Below are positions 26,490 through 34,309 of a DNA stretch of 64,000 bases, piece by piece. The notes beneath the pieces were generated by a model, which was not told the origin of the DNA, ran no database searches, and saw only the letters and a list, made by a program, of their open reading frames with translations. The first letter of the stretch is position 1. Every line of letters starts with the position of its first letter. The stretch is from positions 13,129 through 77,128 of the forward strand of contig WJLZ01000133.1 of the NCBI GenBank assembly GCA_014728215.1, written 5' to 3'. This stretch comes from Chitinivibrionales bacterium (lineage in GTDB: Bacteria > Fibrobacterota > Chitinivibrionia > Chitinivibrionales > WJKA01). A program made the position numbers and the translations under genes.

Positions 26490-28142
26490 ATGAAAGCAAC
26501 CAAAATGTGCAACAGCAACAAAAAAGCAGAATTCCGCAAGCGTGCGGAGGAGCGTTTGCAGAAAACGCGTGATGAGGTAGCATCGATGGCAACCGAAGAT
26601 GTTCAGGAACTTATCTATGAACTTCAGGTGCACCAGATAGAGCTGGAGATGCGCAATGATGAAATCGTGCAGGCGCAGGAAGAGACTACGATGGCCCGCG
26701 ACCGGTATCAGCGGCTGTACGAGTTTGCACCCGAGGGATACATTACGCTGGATGAAGACCTTGTGATTCGGGAAGCCAATGAGGTTGCGGCATCGCTTCT
26801 GGGAGTGAGCCGCCGGCAGCTTGTCGGCGACCGGATCTCGCGGCATGCGGTTTCAGAAGACCGGGATATCTGCTATAAGTATCTTAGAGAAATTTCCACA
26901 ATAAAGCAGCCGCAAAAAGTGGAAATCAGGTTTGAGCCGAAGCCGGAAGACCGGCGAATCGTCCAGCTCCAGGCAAAATTCAGCCGCTGCCCGATAGCCG
27001 GGCAGGTAGAGATACCTGTCGCTTTAACCGATATCACCGAGGAGCACAACGCCAGGGATGCCCTCAGGTATTCGGAACAGCGTTACCGGTTTCTCTATGA
27101 GCAGTCGCAGTTGACAAATGTTGTGCTCGGTCTCGATGGAAAAATTACCGATATCAATGAAGCGGCCCTGCGGAGAATGGGGTATTGCAAGGAAGAGGTT
27201 ATCGGGCAGCCGCTCATCAATTTTATTGTTCCTGCGCAGCGGGAAACTATCACGCAATGGATCGATGAAGTCGCCCATGGCGGACCTGCGGAATCGATCG
27301 ATATCGAAGTGTATGACAAGGATGGCTCGGTACGGACGTTCATGACCGCGGCGGGAAACGTTATGCTCTATGACAATGGAAATCCTTCGGGCATGCTTTT
27401 CAGCGCCAGCGATATTACCGAGCGGAAGCAGCTTGAGGAACAGCTTCAGCAACGCGCCCGGGAATTGGCCGAATCCAACAAGGAGCTCGAAGCCTTTGCG
27501 CATTCAATTTCGCACGACCTGCGCAACCCGCTCAATAACCTGCTCGCCATGTCGGATTTGCTGCTGCACTCCTTTTCCGAGAAACTTGACAAAGACGGTG
27601 TCTGGTGTGTGCACGAAGTGGAGCGGAGCGCACAACGCATGTCGGCAACGATTTCGGATCTGCTCCGTCTCTCCCGGGTAACTCGCCACGAGCCGGTTCC
27701 CGAACAGATCGATCTCAGCGAAATGGCCGGAATTATTGTGGCGGAGCTGCAGAAAGCAAAGCCCCGCCCGAATATACGCGTGACGATCAAAGAAAATATG
27801 ACCGTAGTCGCGGACAGCGGCCTGATGCACAATGTGCTCTACAATCTTTTAGAAAACTCCTGGAAATACACCGGTAACCGGGAGGACCCGTCAATCGAGT
27901 TCGGCAGTTTCGAGCGTGACGACAGAACGATATTTTATGTCCGTGACAACGGAGAAGGCTTTGATATGGACAAGGCCGGCGAGCTGTTCGAGCCGTTTCG
28001 GCGCCTGAGCACCAGCCATAAATATGAAGGCACCGGGATCGGCCTATCCCTTGTCAAGAGGGTTGTCGCCCGTCACCACGGACAGATATGGGCCGAGAGC
28101 GAGAAGGGGAAGGGCGCAACTTTTTATTTCTACCTTGGGTAG
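26490..28142 (+). CDS. PAS domain-containing sensor histidine kinase (cytoplasmic)
   Basis: The ORF opens at a TTG at 26451, and an in-frame ATG lies at 26490. N-terminal coiled coil (YELQVHQIELEMRNDEI), two PAS-like regions, HisKA H-box SHDLRNPLNN, and HATPase_c (NLLENSWKY, DNGEGF, GTGIGLS). No transmembrane segment. Confidence 0.88.
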   Translation: MKATKMCNSNKKAEFRKRAEERLQKTRDEVASMATEDVQELIYELQVHQIELEMRNDEIVQAQEETTMARDRYQRLYEFAPEGYITLDEDLVIREANEVAASLLGVSRRQLVGDRISRHAVSEDRDICYKYLREISTIKQPQKVEIRFEPKPEDRRIVQLQAKFSRCPIAGQVEIPVALTDITEEHNARDALRYSEQRYRFLYEQSQLTNVVLGLDGKITDINEAALRRMGYCKEEVIGQPLINFIVPAQRETITQWIDEVAHGGPAESIDIEVYDKDGSVRTFMTAAGNVMLYDNGNPSGMLFSASDITERKQLEEQLQQRARELAESNKELEAFAHSISHDLRNPLNNLLAMSDLLLHSFSEKLDKDGVWCVHEVERSAQRMSATISDLLRLSRVTRHEPVPEQIDLSEMAGIIVAELQKAKPRPNIRVTIKENMTVVADSGLMHNVLYNLLENSWKYTGNREDPSIEFGSFERDDRTIFYVRDNGEGFDMDKAGELFEPFRRLSTSHKYEGTGIGLSLVKRVVARHHGQIWAESEKGKGATFYFYLG

Positions 28143-28167
28143 CAGGAGGGGGCTTGTCGGTCCGTTG

Positions 28168-28194
28168 TCTACAGCCATGCCGCCTCTGACGAGG
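28168..28194 (+). repeat. intergenic repeat family R1, copy 2
   Basis: Identical 27-mer TCTACAGCCATGCCGCCTCTGACGAGG, 26 nt after the PAS-kinase stop. Confidence 0.9.
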
Positions 28195-28218
28195 CTTGAA
28201 GAAAGGGGGCTGCCCAGG

Positions 28219-28305
28219 TCCGTAGGACCGACATGTCTGTAGCACGATAACGCAGCGGAATGATAATTTCCCGAGGTTCGTAGAACCGGCATGTCTGTAA
28301 CGACC
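28219..28305 (+). repeat. two direct R2 repeats (TCCGTAGGACCGACATGTCTGTAGCACG / TTCGTAGAACCGGCATGTCTGTAACGACC)
   Basis: Copies at 28219-28246 and 28277-28305. Their core CG(A/G)CATGTCTGTA is an approximate reverse complement of the R1 core TACAGCCATGCCG. Their 5' part, CCGTAGGACCGAC, resembles the REP-like CCGTAGCCCGAC. Confidence 0.8.
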
Positions 28306-28312
28306 GCGCGTA

Positions 28313-28567
28313 TTAAAAGCTTGTCATCGGAACATCTTTTTTCGAATCAAGATAAAGTGTGTCGGGACAGATGTCCTGTTCATGTGGCCATACAACCGTT
28401 CCGTGTTCGGCATGCGCCTGCTGGAAATAGGTAATATCTTTCAGTTCTCTAAACACGCCAAAATCAAGCAACGGTTTACAATCATAAAGTCCATGCTCTC
28501 CATTGGTGAATAGCAGTTCAAGCATGTAGTCGTCTAGCGGCTTAACATCTTTAATTCTCGGGTTCAT
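28313..28567 (-). CDS. DUF2442 domain-containing protein
   Basis: 84 aa. I recognise MNPRIKDVKPLDDYMLELLFTNGE...FQQAHAEHGTVVWPHEQDICPDTLY as the DUF2442 pattern. Confidence 0.8.
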   Translation of the reverse strand: MNPRIKDVKPLDDYMLELLFTNGEHGLYDCKPLLDFGVFRELKDITYFQQAHAEHGTVVWPHEQDICPDTLYLDSKKDVPMTSF

Positions 28568-28576
28568 AGTTTTATC

Positions 28577-28846
28577 TCACTTCAGAGGATCTATTTTGTA
28601 CGGCTGATCACCTTGCGCGGCAAGCTGCCAATCAGCCATTAATTCATCCTTGTGAAGCTCAATCCAGGCAGAGACCAATTTCATTTTATTCGCTGGAATA
28701 GAGCCCTCAAGGACATTTCCATCGGGAATCCTTATAACAACTTCCTGTTCCTGGTATTGCGCATGAATATGCGGCGCTTTATGTTGCTTGTTGTCAATGA
28801 AATACATATAGATAATAATCCCATAAAACATCGATATTGCGGGCAT
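28577..28846 (-). CDS. DUF4160 domain-containing protein
   Basis: 89 aa. I recognise MPAISMFYGIIIYMYF.D...H..PHIHA.Y as the DUF4160 N-terminal signature. It lies 9 nt upstream of the DUF2442 gene. Confidence 0.8.
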   Translation of the reverse strand: MPAISMFYGIIIYMYFIDNKQHKAPHIHAQYQEQEVVIRIPDGNVLEGSIPANKMKLVSAWIELHKDELMADWQLAAQGDQPYKIDPLK

Positions 28847-28991
28847 CAGGGTTCTTTCGGATAAAAATTAATAAATATGGTCATATATATTTATAAAAGT
28901 AGATTATGCCGTATCAGTTTTCCATACTTCAAGGAGGAACGATGGTTTTTTATTGCCAGGCTTGAAGAGGGTTGTGCGTGTTTGTGCGTTA

Positions 28992-29018
28992 TCTACAGCC
29001 ATGTCGCCTCTGACGAGG
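28992..29018 (+). repeat. intergenic repeat family R1, copy 3
   Basis: TCTACAGCCATGTCGCCTCTGACGAGG, one mismatch to the other copies. It is bracketed by a 14-bp direct repeat AGGCTTGAAGAGGG at 28958-28971 and 29016-29029. Confidence 0.9.
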
Positions 29019-29144
29019 CTTGAAGAGGGGGTGCTTACCGGGTCGGTTGTTTTTCCGGAAAAAATCCGAGAACGAGGAGGATGCTTCGATAAACTCAGCA
29101 CAGCGGGACGAGAACGTTTGTTCTGAGTCCTGAACCTTCGCCTC

Positions 29145-29250
29145 CACCTCGTGCGTTTGTTCTTACCTCGTCGCGTCCCCGTGTCGCCCCGTCGTCGCGT
29201 CGTTTCACCCCTCGTGCTTTCGTGCGCTCGTAACTTCGTGCGCTCGTTTA
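29145..29250. repeat. CTCGTGC/CGTGCGCTCGT micro-repeat tract abutting the Kai-linked kinase stop
   Basis: TTCGTGCGCTCGT occurs at 29219-29231 and 29235-29247. Several CCTCGT(G/C) units occur from 29147 onward. A related CCTCGTGCGCTCGTGACCTCGTCCC lies at 22186-22210, next to R1 copy 1. Confidence 0.8.
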
Positions 29251-30117
29251 TCACCCCTGCTCCCCGAGCGTAAAGAAAAACGTCGCCCCTTTCCCGACTT
29301 CGCTTTCTGCCCATATTTTGCCGCCATGCCGCTGAATAATTCGTCGTACAACGGCCAGGCCCAATCCGGTACCGGGATATTTAGCCTGCGAATGGAGCGT
29401 GTGGAACTGCTCGAATACTTTTTCGGCATGTTCGAGATCGAAACCCGCGCCGTTGTCTTTTACAAAATAGACGGTCTGGTTGTCTTCATGGTACATGCCG
29501 ATTTCGATTCGGGCATTCGGGGTGTTCCTGGTGTATTTCCAGGCGTTTTTGAGGAGATGTTCGAGTGCCTGGCGGGTCAGCTTGCTGTCTGCGGTTGCAG
29601 TCATGTTTTTTGCGATGACTACGTCTACGGTGCGTTCCGGATCTGTCTCTCTCAGTTCTGCGATGAAATCCTCGGCAATCACGCTCAGGTCAATTTTTTT
29701 CAGGCGCAACTCGCGTCGTACTACTTGAGACAGCTCCAGAAGCCCGGAAACCGTATCGGTAATGCGCGAGACATTCGATTTTATCAGGCGCAGGCACTTT
29801 TGACCGTCGGAATCCAGTACATTGCCGTAATGTTCTTCGAGCACACCGGCCATGGCGCCGATGTTGTTGAGCGGGTTGCGAAGCTCATGGGAAATGGATT
29901 GTGAAAAAGCTTCGAGTTCCGCTGCGCGGAGCTCTGCTGCTTTTCGCGCCTTCGCAAGCTGCTGCTCGACTTTACGCAACCGCACGACCGCGACACTCTG
30001 TTCGCCGACAATGGCGTCAACCTCATGCTTGCGCAGTGCCGAAACAAGCTCTTCAGCTTCGGCCAGGCGCTTTTCAAGTTCTTCGTAGGTAGGTTCCCGT
30101 TTGCTGTTAGCCATCAT
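29251..30117 (-). CDS. histidine kinase (coiled-coil N-terminus, HisKA + HATPase_c), third gene of the kai operon
   Basis: The ORF extends to 30165. The ATGs at 30117 and 30114 overlap the kaiB stop (sequence ATGATGGCTAA). H-box SHELRNPLNN. HATPase_c motifs HLLKNAWKY, DNGAGF and GTGLGLA. No PAS domain, transmembrane segment or KaiB-like domain. Confidence 0.85.
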   Translation of the reverse strand: MMANSKREPTYEELEKRLAEAEELVSALRKHEVDAIVGEQSVAVVRLRKVEQQLAKARKAAELRAAELEAFSQSISHELRNPLNNIGAMAGVLEEHYGNVLDSDGQKCLRLIKSNVSRITDTVSGLLELSQVVRRELRLKKIDLSVIAEDFIAELRETDPERTVDVVIAKNMTATADSKLTRQALEHLLKNAWKYTRNTPNARIEIGMYHEDNQTVYFVKDNGAGFDLEHAEKVFEQFHTLHSQAKYPGTGLGLAVVRRIIQRHGGKIWAESEVGKGATFFFTLGEQG

Positions 30118-30430
30118 CACCTTGTTCGATATTAAGTTGTTGCGCGATTGCATCTTTATCATCAAGGCTGCCGAAAAAAGTCATGCGCATTGCCGGGTCA
30201 TCGCAGGTGACAAGAAGGGTCGGCGTCACGACGATACGTTCCTTTAAGGCTGCCTCAAAATCTTTGTATACATCGATTACGTGTATGGTACATTGTTTGG
30301 TCGCTTTTCCCGAGCAAAGGTTATTGAGATTGTTGAGTGCGCGCAGAGAATTGGGCTCATCGCTGGCGACAAAGAGAACAAACCGGTAATGAGCTTTGCC
30401 GCCGGTATGGGTATCGGATGAAGGCATCAT
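30107..30430 (-). CDS. kaiB: circadian clock protein KaiB homolog
   Basis: 107 aa. The thioredoxin-like KaiB pattern is present: YRFVLFVASDEPNSLRALNNLNNLC...IHVIDVYKDFEAALKERIVVTPTLLV. Its start overlaps the kaiC stop (ATGA). Confidence 0.88.
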   Translation of the reverse strand: MMPSSDTHTGGKAHYRFVLFVASDEPNSLRALNNLNNLCSGKATKQCTIHVIDVYKDFEAALKERIVVTPTLLVTCDDPAMRMTFFGSLDDKDAIAQQLNIEQGDDG

Positions 30431-32139
30431 TGGCCTCCTTTCCGGGTGCGGCGGGAGCTGCGATTCTTCTGTAGCACTTTTTCTTCGCTATCTTTGCTTT
30501 TCCGCATAATTTCCCGTTGTTCACGGGCTTTGTCGAAAATGACGTCTTCACTTTTCAGATTTTCAAGCTCGACAATCGCTTTATCGATTCGGGCCTGCAA
30601 AGCCAGCCTTTCGGCTTTAGAGGACGCCTTCATGCGTTCGATTTCCTTCTTTTTGGCCTCAACCTCGTACTGCCGCTGACGTTCTTCCTGCTGCTCACGG
30701 ATCTCCTGCTCCTGACGGGCCACGCCGGTGAGCATGCCGCCTTTGCCGCTATAAATGTCGGCAAATCGTATACCGTCTGAAGTTATCATGAATTCCCGAA
30801 ACTGATTGGTATGCTGAGAACCTCTGGATTTCATGATCAGAATCGTGCGGTTCATTTCCCCGCCGATTGACGAATAGTTAAGATACACAATCGTATCGAT
30901 AATCGATGAATAGCCGATTCCGAAAATTTCGCCGATATTTTCTTTCCCGGTGATCTGGTTGGTAAGCAGAACGGTAATGCCTTTTCGGCGACAATGCGTG
31001 ACAAGCCGAAGCATGAAATAAAAAGCGGTTGCCTCGGAGCCCATTCGATCAAACGAGGAGACCGCATCTACAATTACATACCCTGGGTTATGGTCTTCAA
31101 TGGCATTCATCAGATTATCTAAATGGATTTCAGGAACGACGGCTTCCGGCATTTGCGAGAGGATTTTGAGCGAACCTTTTTGGATTACCGGCTCGAGATC
31201 GATTCCCGAGCTTTTCATCATGCCAACCATGTGCCCGGCCGATTCTTCATAGTTGACATACAACACCCGCTCGCCGTTCTCGCATGCATTGCGCGCAAAG
31301 GTATTGGAAATCGTGGTTTTGCCGGTTCCGGTGGCGCCGACAATAGCGGTGCACCCTCCTTTGGTATACCCGCCGCCCATCATGTGATCGAGTTCCTCAA
31401 AGCCGGTGGAGATATGGCCTGTTATCGGTGGATAGGACATTTCCAGATCTACCAAGGGATGAAAGACCAATCCCCGTTCGCTGATCGCGTAGGGGTTGGC
31501 GCCGCTGCTGAATCCGGAGCCGCGGCATTTGACAATCTGCAGCAGCCGTTGGTGCTCGGTGGTCTCCGCCCTCAGTCTGACAACACAATCGGTTAAAAAC
31601 TCCACAAAGGGGTAATAGGACTGTTCGCCGGCAAGCTTCATGGTGATCAGTGCGGTGAGTTTGTGATCTAAAAGCCAGTCGTGAAGCATAAAAATTTCGT
31701 TGCGTTCCCTCGCGGGGTTTTCAAGCAATTGCAGAAGAACATCGACTGCATCGATAACAATACGTTTTACATTCAGTTTCCGTATAAGGCCTTCAAGCAG
31801 GGCGAAGAGTCCCGCAAAGCTGAATTCCCCTGTGACGACTGCTCTGGGATCGAGCCGGGGATCAAGCACCGCAAGGCGTCCTTCCTTTTCGAGCTTCGCC
31901 AGATCCCATCCCAGAGTAAGCGCGTTACGCCTGAGTGCATCGGCGCGTTCTTCAAAGGAAATCAGTATGCCCGCCTCGCTATTCTGCGCGCCTTCAATCA
32001 GAAAATGCATGCCGATAATGGTTTTTCCGGTGCCGGTTTCGCCGTGGATAAGTGTTGTACGGCCGGAAGGATAACCACCGCGAAGTGCTGCATCCAGGCC
32101 GCCAATTCCAGAAGAGAGTTTTATGAGTTTTTGGGTCAT
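30427..32139 (-). CDS. kaiC: KaiC homolog with extended C-terminal coiled-coil tail
   Basis: 570 aa. Two RecA-like domains with Walker A motifs GETGTGKT and GATGTGKT, and catalytic EE pairs (SFEE, NYEE). The phosphosite-region equivalent is GYSSIIDTIV, against ISTITDTII in S. elongatus as I recall it. A charged heptad-rich tail of roughly 95 aa follows ITSDGI. Confidence 0.9.
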   Translation of the reverse strand: MTQKLIKLSSGIGGLDAALRGGYPSGRTTLIHGETGTGKTIIGMHFLIEGAQNSEAGILISFEERADALRRNALTLGWDLAKLEKEGRLAVLDPRLDPRAVVTGEFSFAGLFALLEGLIRKLNVKRIVIDAVDVLLQLLENPARERNEIFMLHDWLLDHKLTALITMKLAGEQSYYPFVEFLTDCVVRLRAETTEHQRLLQIVKCRGSGFSSGANPYAISERGLVFHPLVDLEMSYPPITGHISTGFEELDHMMGGGYTKGGCTAIVGATGTGKTTISNTFARNACENGERVLYVNYEESAGHMVGMMKSSGIDLEPVIQKGSLKILSQMPEAVVPEIHLDNLMNAIEDHNPGYVIVDAVSSFDRMGSEATAFYFMLRLVTHCRRKGITVLLTNQITGKENIGEIFGIGYSSIIDTIVYLNYSSIGGEMNRTILIMKSRGSQHTNQFREFMITSDGIRFADIYSGKGGMLTGVARQEQEIREQQEERQRQYEVEAKKKEIERMKASSKAERLALQARIDKAIVELENLKSEDVIFDKAREQREIMRKSKDSEEKVLQKNRSSRRTRKGGQ

Positions 32140-32344
32140 AATACCTTTGTTTTTGGAATGGGTGAAACAGGGAAAATATTAAAAAGCAAAATAAGTCCTG
32201 GATACTGATTTTGCTAATTCATAGCTCTGTCGGATAACCCGGATTTGGCTTGGCTTAACCGGTGGTAGCGGCTGATGGTTTTGAGGCCACTTGTATTTAT
32301 AATTTTTGAGAGCTATATTTTTAAAATGCCGTTAGCGCGTGTGA

Positions 32345-34309
32345 ATGGATAAAAGAAGGCATATTCGAAAACGATTATTTCCCACCCAGACATTACTGCG
32401 AGGCGCCATGTCCCCCGCACCTGAACAGTTCGGACGCTACAAAGTGGAGCGGCTTCTTGGTGAAGGCGCTATGGGAAGGGTCTATCTGGCGCAGGATCCG
32501 GTTCTGGGGCGTAATGTTGCGATCAAGGTGATTTCGATAGCGCCACTACTCAAAGGCGCCAATCGGGAAGAGTATCTTTGCCGTTTTTCGGTCGAAGCCA
32601 AAGCATCCGCTCAATTGAGCCATCAATCGATTGTTGCCGTATATGATGCCGGTGATGAGGAGGGGATACCCTGGATTGCCTTTCAGTATGTAGAAGGCCG
32701 GAGTCTCGAGGACCTGCTGAAGGAGGCTGGTTGTCTGCCGGTTGACCGGGCGCTGTCGATTGCCGGTGATATAGCGTCGGCTTTACGCACGGCACACCAC
32801 GACAAGATTATTCACCGCGACATAAAACCGGCCAATATTCTTATCGACAACACCACCGGTATTGCAAAACTTGCCGATTTTGGAGTTGCCAAGGCGCCCT
32901 GGGCTATGTTAACGCAGGAAGGCGCCACCCTCGGCTCGCCGGGATATATGTCGCCGGAGCAGGTTGACGGTGCGGAGCTTGACGAGCGCTCGGATATCTT
33001 TTCGCTCGGCGTGGTGATGTATGAAATGATCGCGGGAAAACACCCCTTTGCCCGGGAAACTGTTGCCGCGACCGTCTATGCAACACTTGGGGGATCATAT
33101 GTCCCTCTTCGAGAGCATGCACCGGATATTCCTGAAGACCTCGAGCAGGGAGTGGCCCGGTGCCTGACACCGGATAAGGAGCAGCGCCTGAAATCCGCTG
33201 ATGAACTTATGAGTCTGCTTCAAAATATCGATTGCACCGGAAAAGATAGGGTTGTAAAGTCTTCCTTGGCCGCAAAAAAAAAGTTTACGCAACAAAGCGA
33301 GCTGCCGAAGATTGTGATTCCGGTATCCGGGATAATGAAGTTTTTCGTTCGAATTGATGAATTGGTGCGCAGAAACCCAACGTTTAACAGGGTGATTGAC
33401 CGTTCGGCAGACCTGTTTGTCCGGCTCAAGCCGCATGCCGCGGTTGCAAAACGGCGATGCGGCAAAGTGTTCATGTCGGGATCCCGCAGGCTCACCCGAT
33501 TTATTGTCGCTCAATATAAAAAAACAGCCAAAGTGCTTGCCCACAACAGGCGGTTGCGCTATGCTTCTGTTGGAGTTTCTGCTGGAGCCGTTGTGGTTTT
33601 CGTCCTGCTGATGCTTTTATCTCCCGGCGAGGAATCGATTTCCGAATCCGGGATTTCAAAACTGCTGTCTTTTCCGGTTCCCGCACTCAGCAGCAACCAT
33701 CGGGATATAATTGACAGTTGTCTCGTTCTGATGAACCGGGGTGATTTCGATGAAGCAGAAGAAAAAGCGGCCGCTCTTATCAAAGAGAAAGGCGCTGCCG
33801 CGGCATACGGGTACCTGCTCCAGGGAAGAATCGAGCTTGAAGATGAGGAGTATTTTGCCGCAAAAGACGCCTTTGAAAAGGCACTGGAACTTCCCCACGG
33901 TAAACGTGTCCTGGACAAAGAACGGCATGCCCTTTTAGAACAGACAAAAAGGCTCCTGACCCGGGAACGAGCACCCGAATCTTTGGCGTCTCTGGCAACG
34001 CATACGCTTGAGCTCGCCGGATACGAAAAAGTGCAGAAGTGGGCGTATGAAAAACCGTACTGGCTTCGGTGGAACACGGTGAGAATTCTCGAGGCTGCGG
34101 GAAAGGATGTTGATATGGTGGAGGTGTACATTCTCGATATGAACCATGGAGGCAGCGCCCGGACGCGTATTCGGGCGGCGCGCAAACTGGGTGAGCTGGG
34201 CGACAAACGGGCAATACCCGCACTCAAGGAAGTCAAGGAAAAGGGCCTGCGGGACCCCTTCGTCGCAAATGTGGCGTCATCGGTACTGGAAAAGTATTTC
34301 GAGGAATAG
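32345..34309 (+). CDS. Hanks-type serine/threonine protein kinase with membrane anchor and TPR/HEAT-like C-terminal region
   Basis: 654 aa, with an alternative ATG at 32408. Kinase motifs GEGAMGRVY, VAIK, HRDIKPANIL, DFG and GSPGYMSPE. A hydrophobic segment (VGVSAGAVVVFVLLMLL). The C-terminal motif RIRAARKLGELGDKRAIPAL is HEAT (PBS-lyase)-like. Confidence 0.85.
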   Translation: MDKRRHIRKRLFPTQTLLRGAMSPAPEQFGRYKVERLLGEGAMGRVYLAQDPVLGRNVAIKVISIAPLLKGANREEYLCRFSVEAKASAQLSHQSIVAVYDAGDEEGIPWIAFQYVEGRSLEDLLKEAGCLPVDRALSIAGDIASALRTAHHDKIIHRDIKPANILIDNTTGIAKLADFGVAKAPWAMLTQEGATLGSPGYMSPEQVDGAELDERSDIFSLGVVMYEMIAGKHPFARETVAATVYATLGGSYVPLREHAPDIPEDLEQGVARCLTPDKEQRLKSADELMSLLQNIDCTGKDRVVKSSLAAKKKFTQQSELPKIVIPVSGIMKFFVRIDELVRRNPTFNRVIDRSADLFVRLKPHAAVAKRRCGKVFMSGSRRLTRFIVAQYKKTAKVLAHNRRLRYASVGVSAGAVVVFVLLMLLSPGEESISESGISKLLSFPVPALSSNHRDIIDSCLVLMNRGDFDEAEEKAAALIKEKGAAAAYGYLLQGRIELEDEEYFAAKDAFEKALELPHGKRVLDKERHALLEQTKRLLTRERAPESLASLATHTLELAGYEKVQKWAYEKPYWLRWNTVRILEAAGKDVDMVEVYILDMNHGGSARTRIRAARKLGELGDKRAIPALKEVKEKGLRDPFVANVASSVLEKYFEE

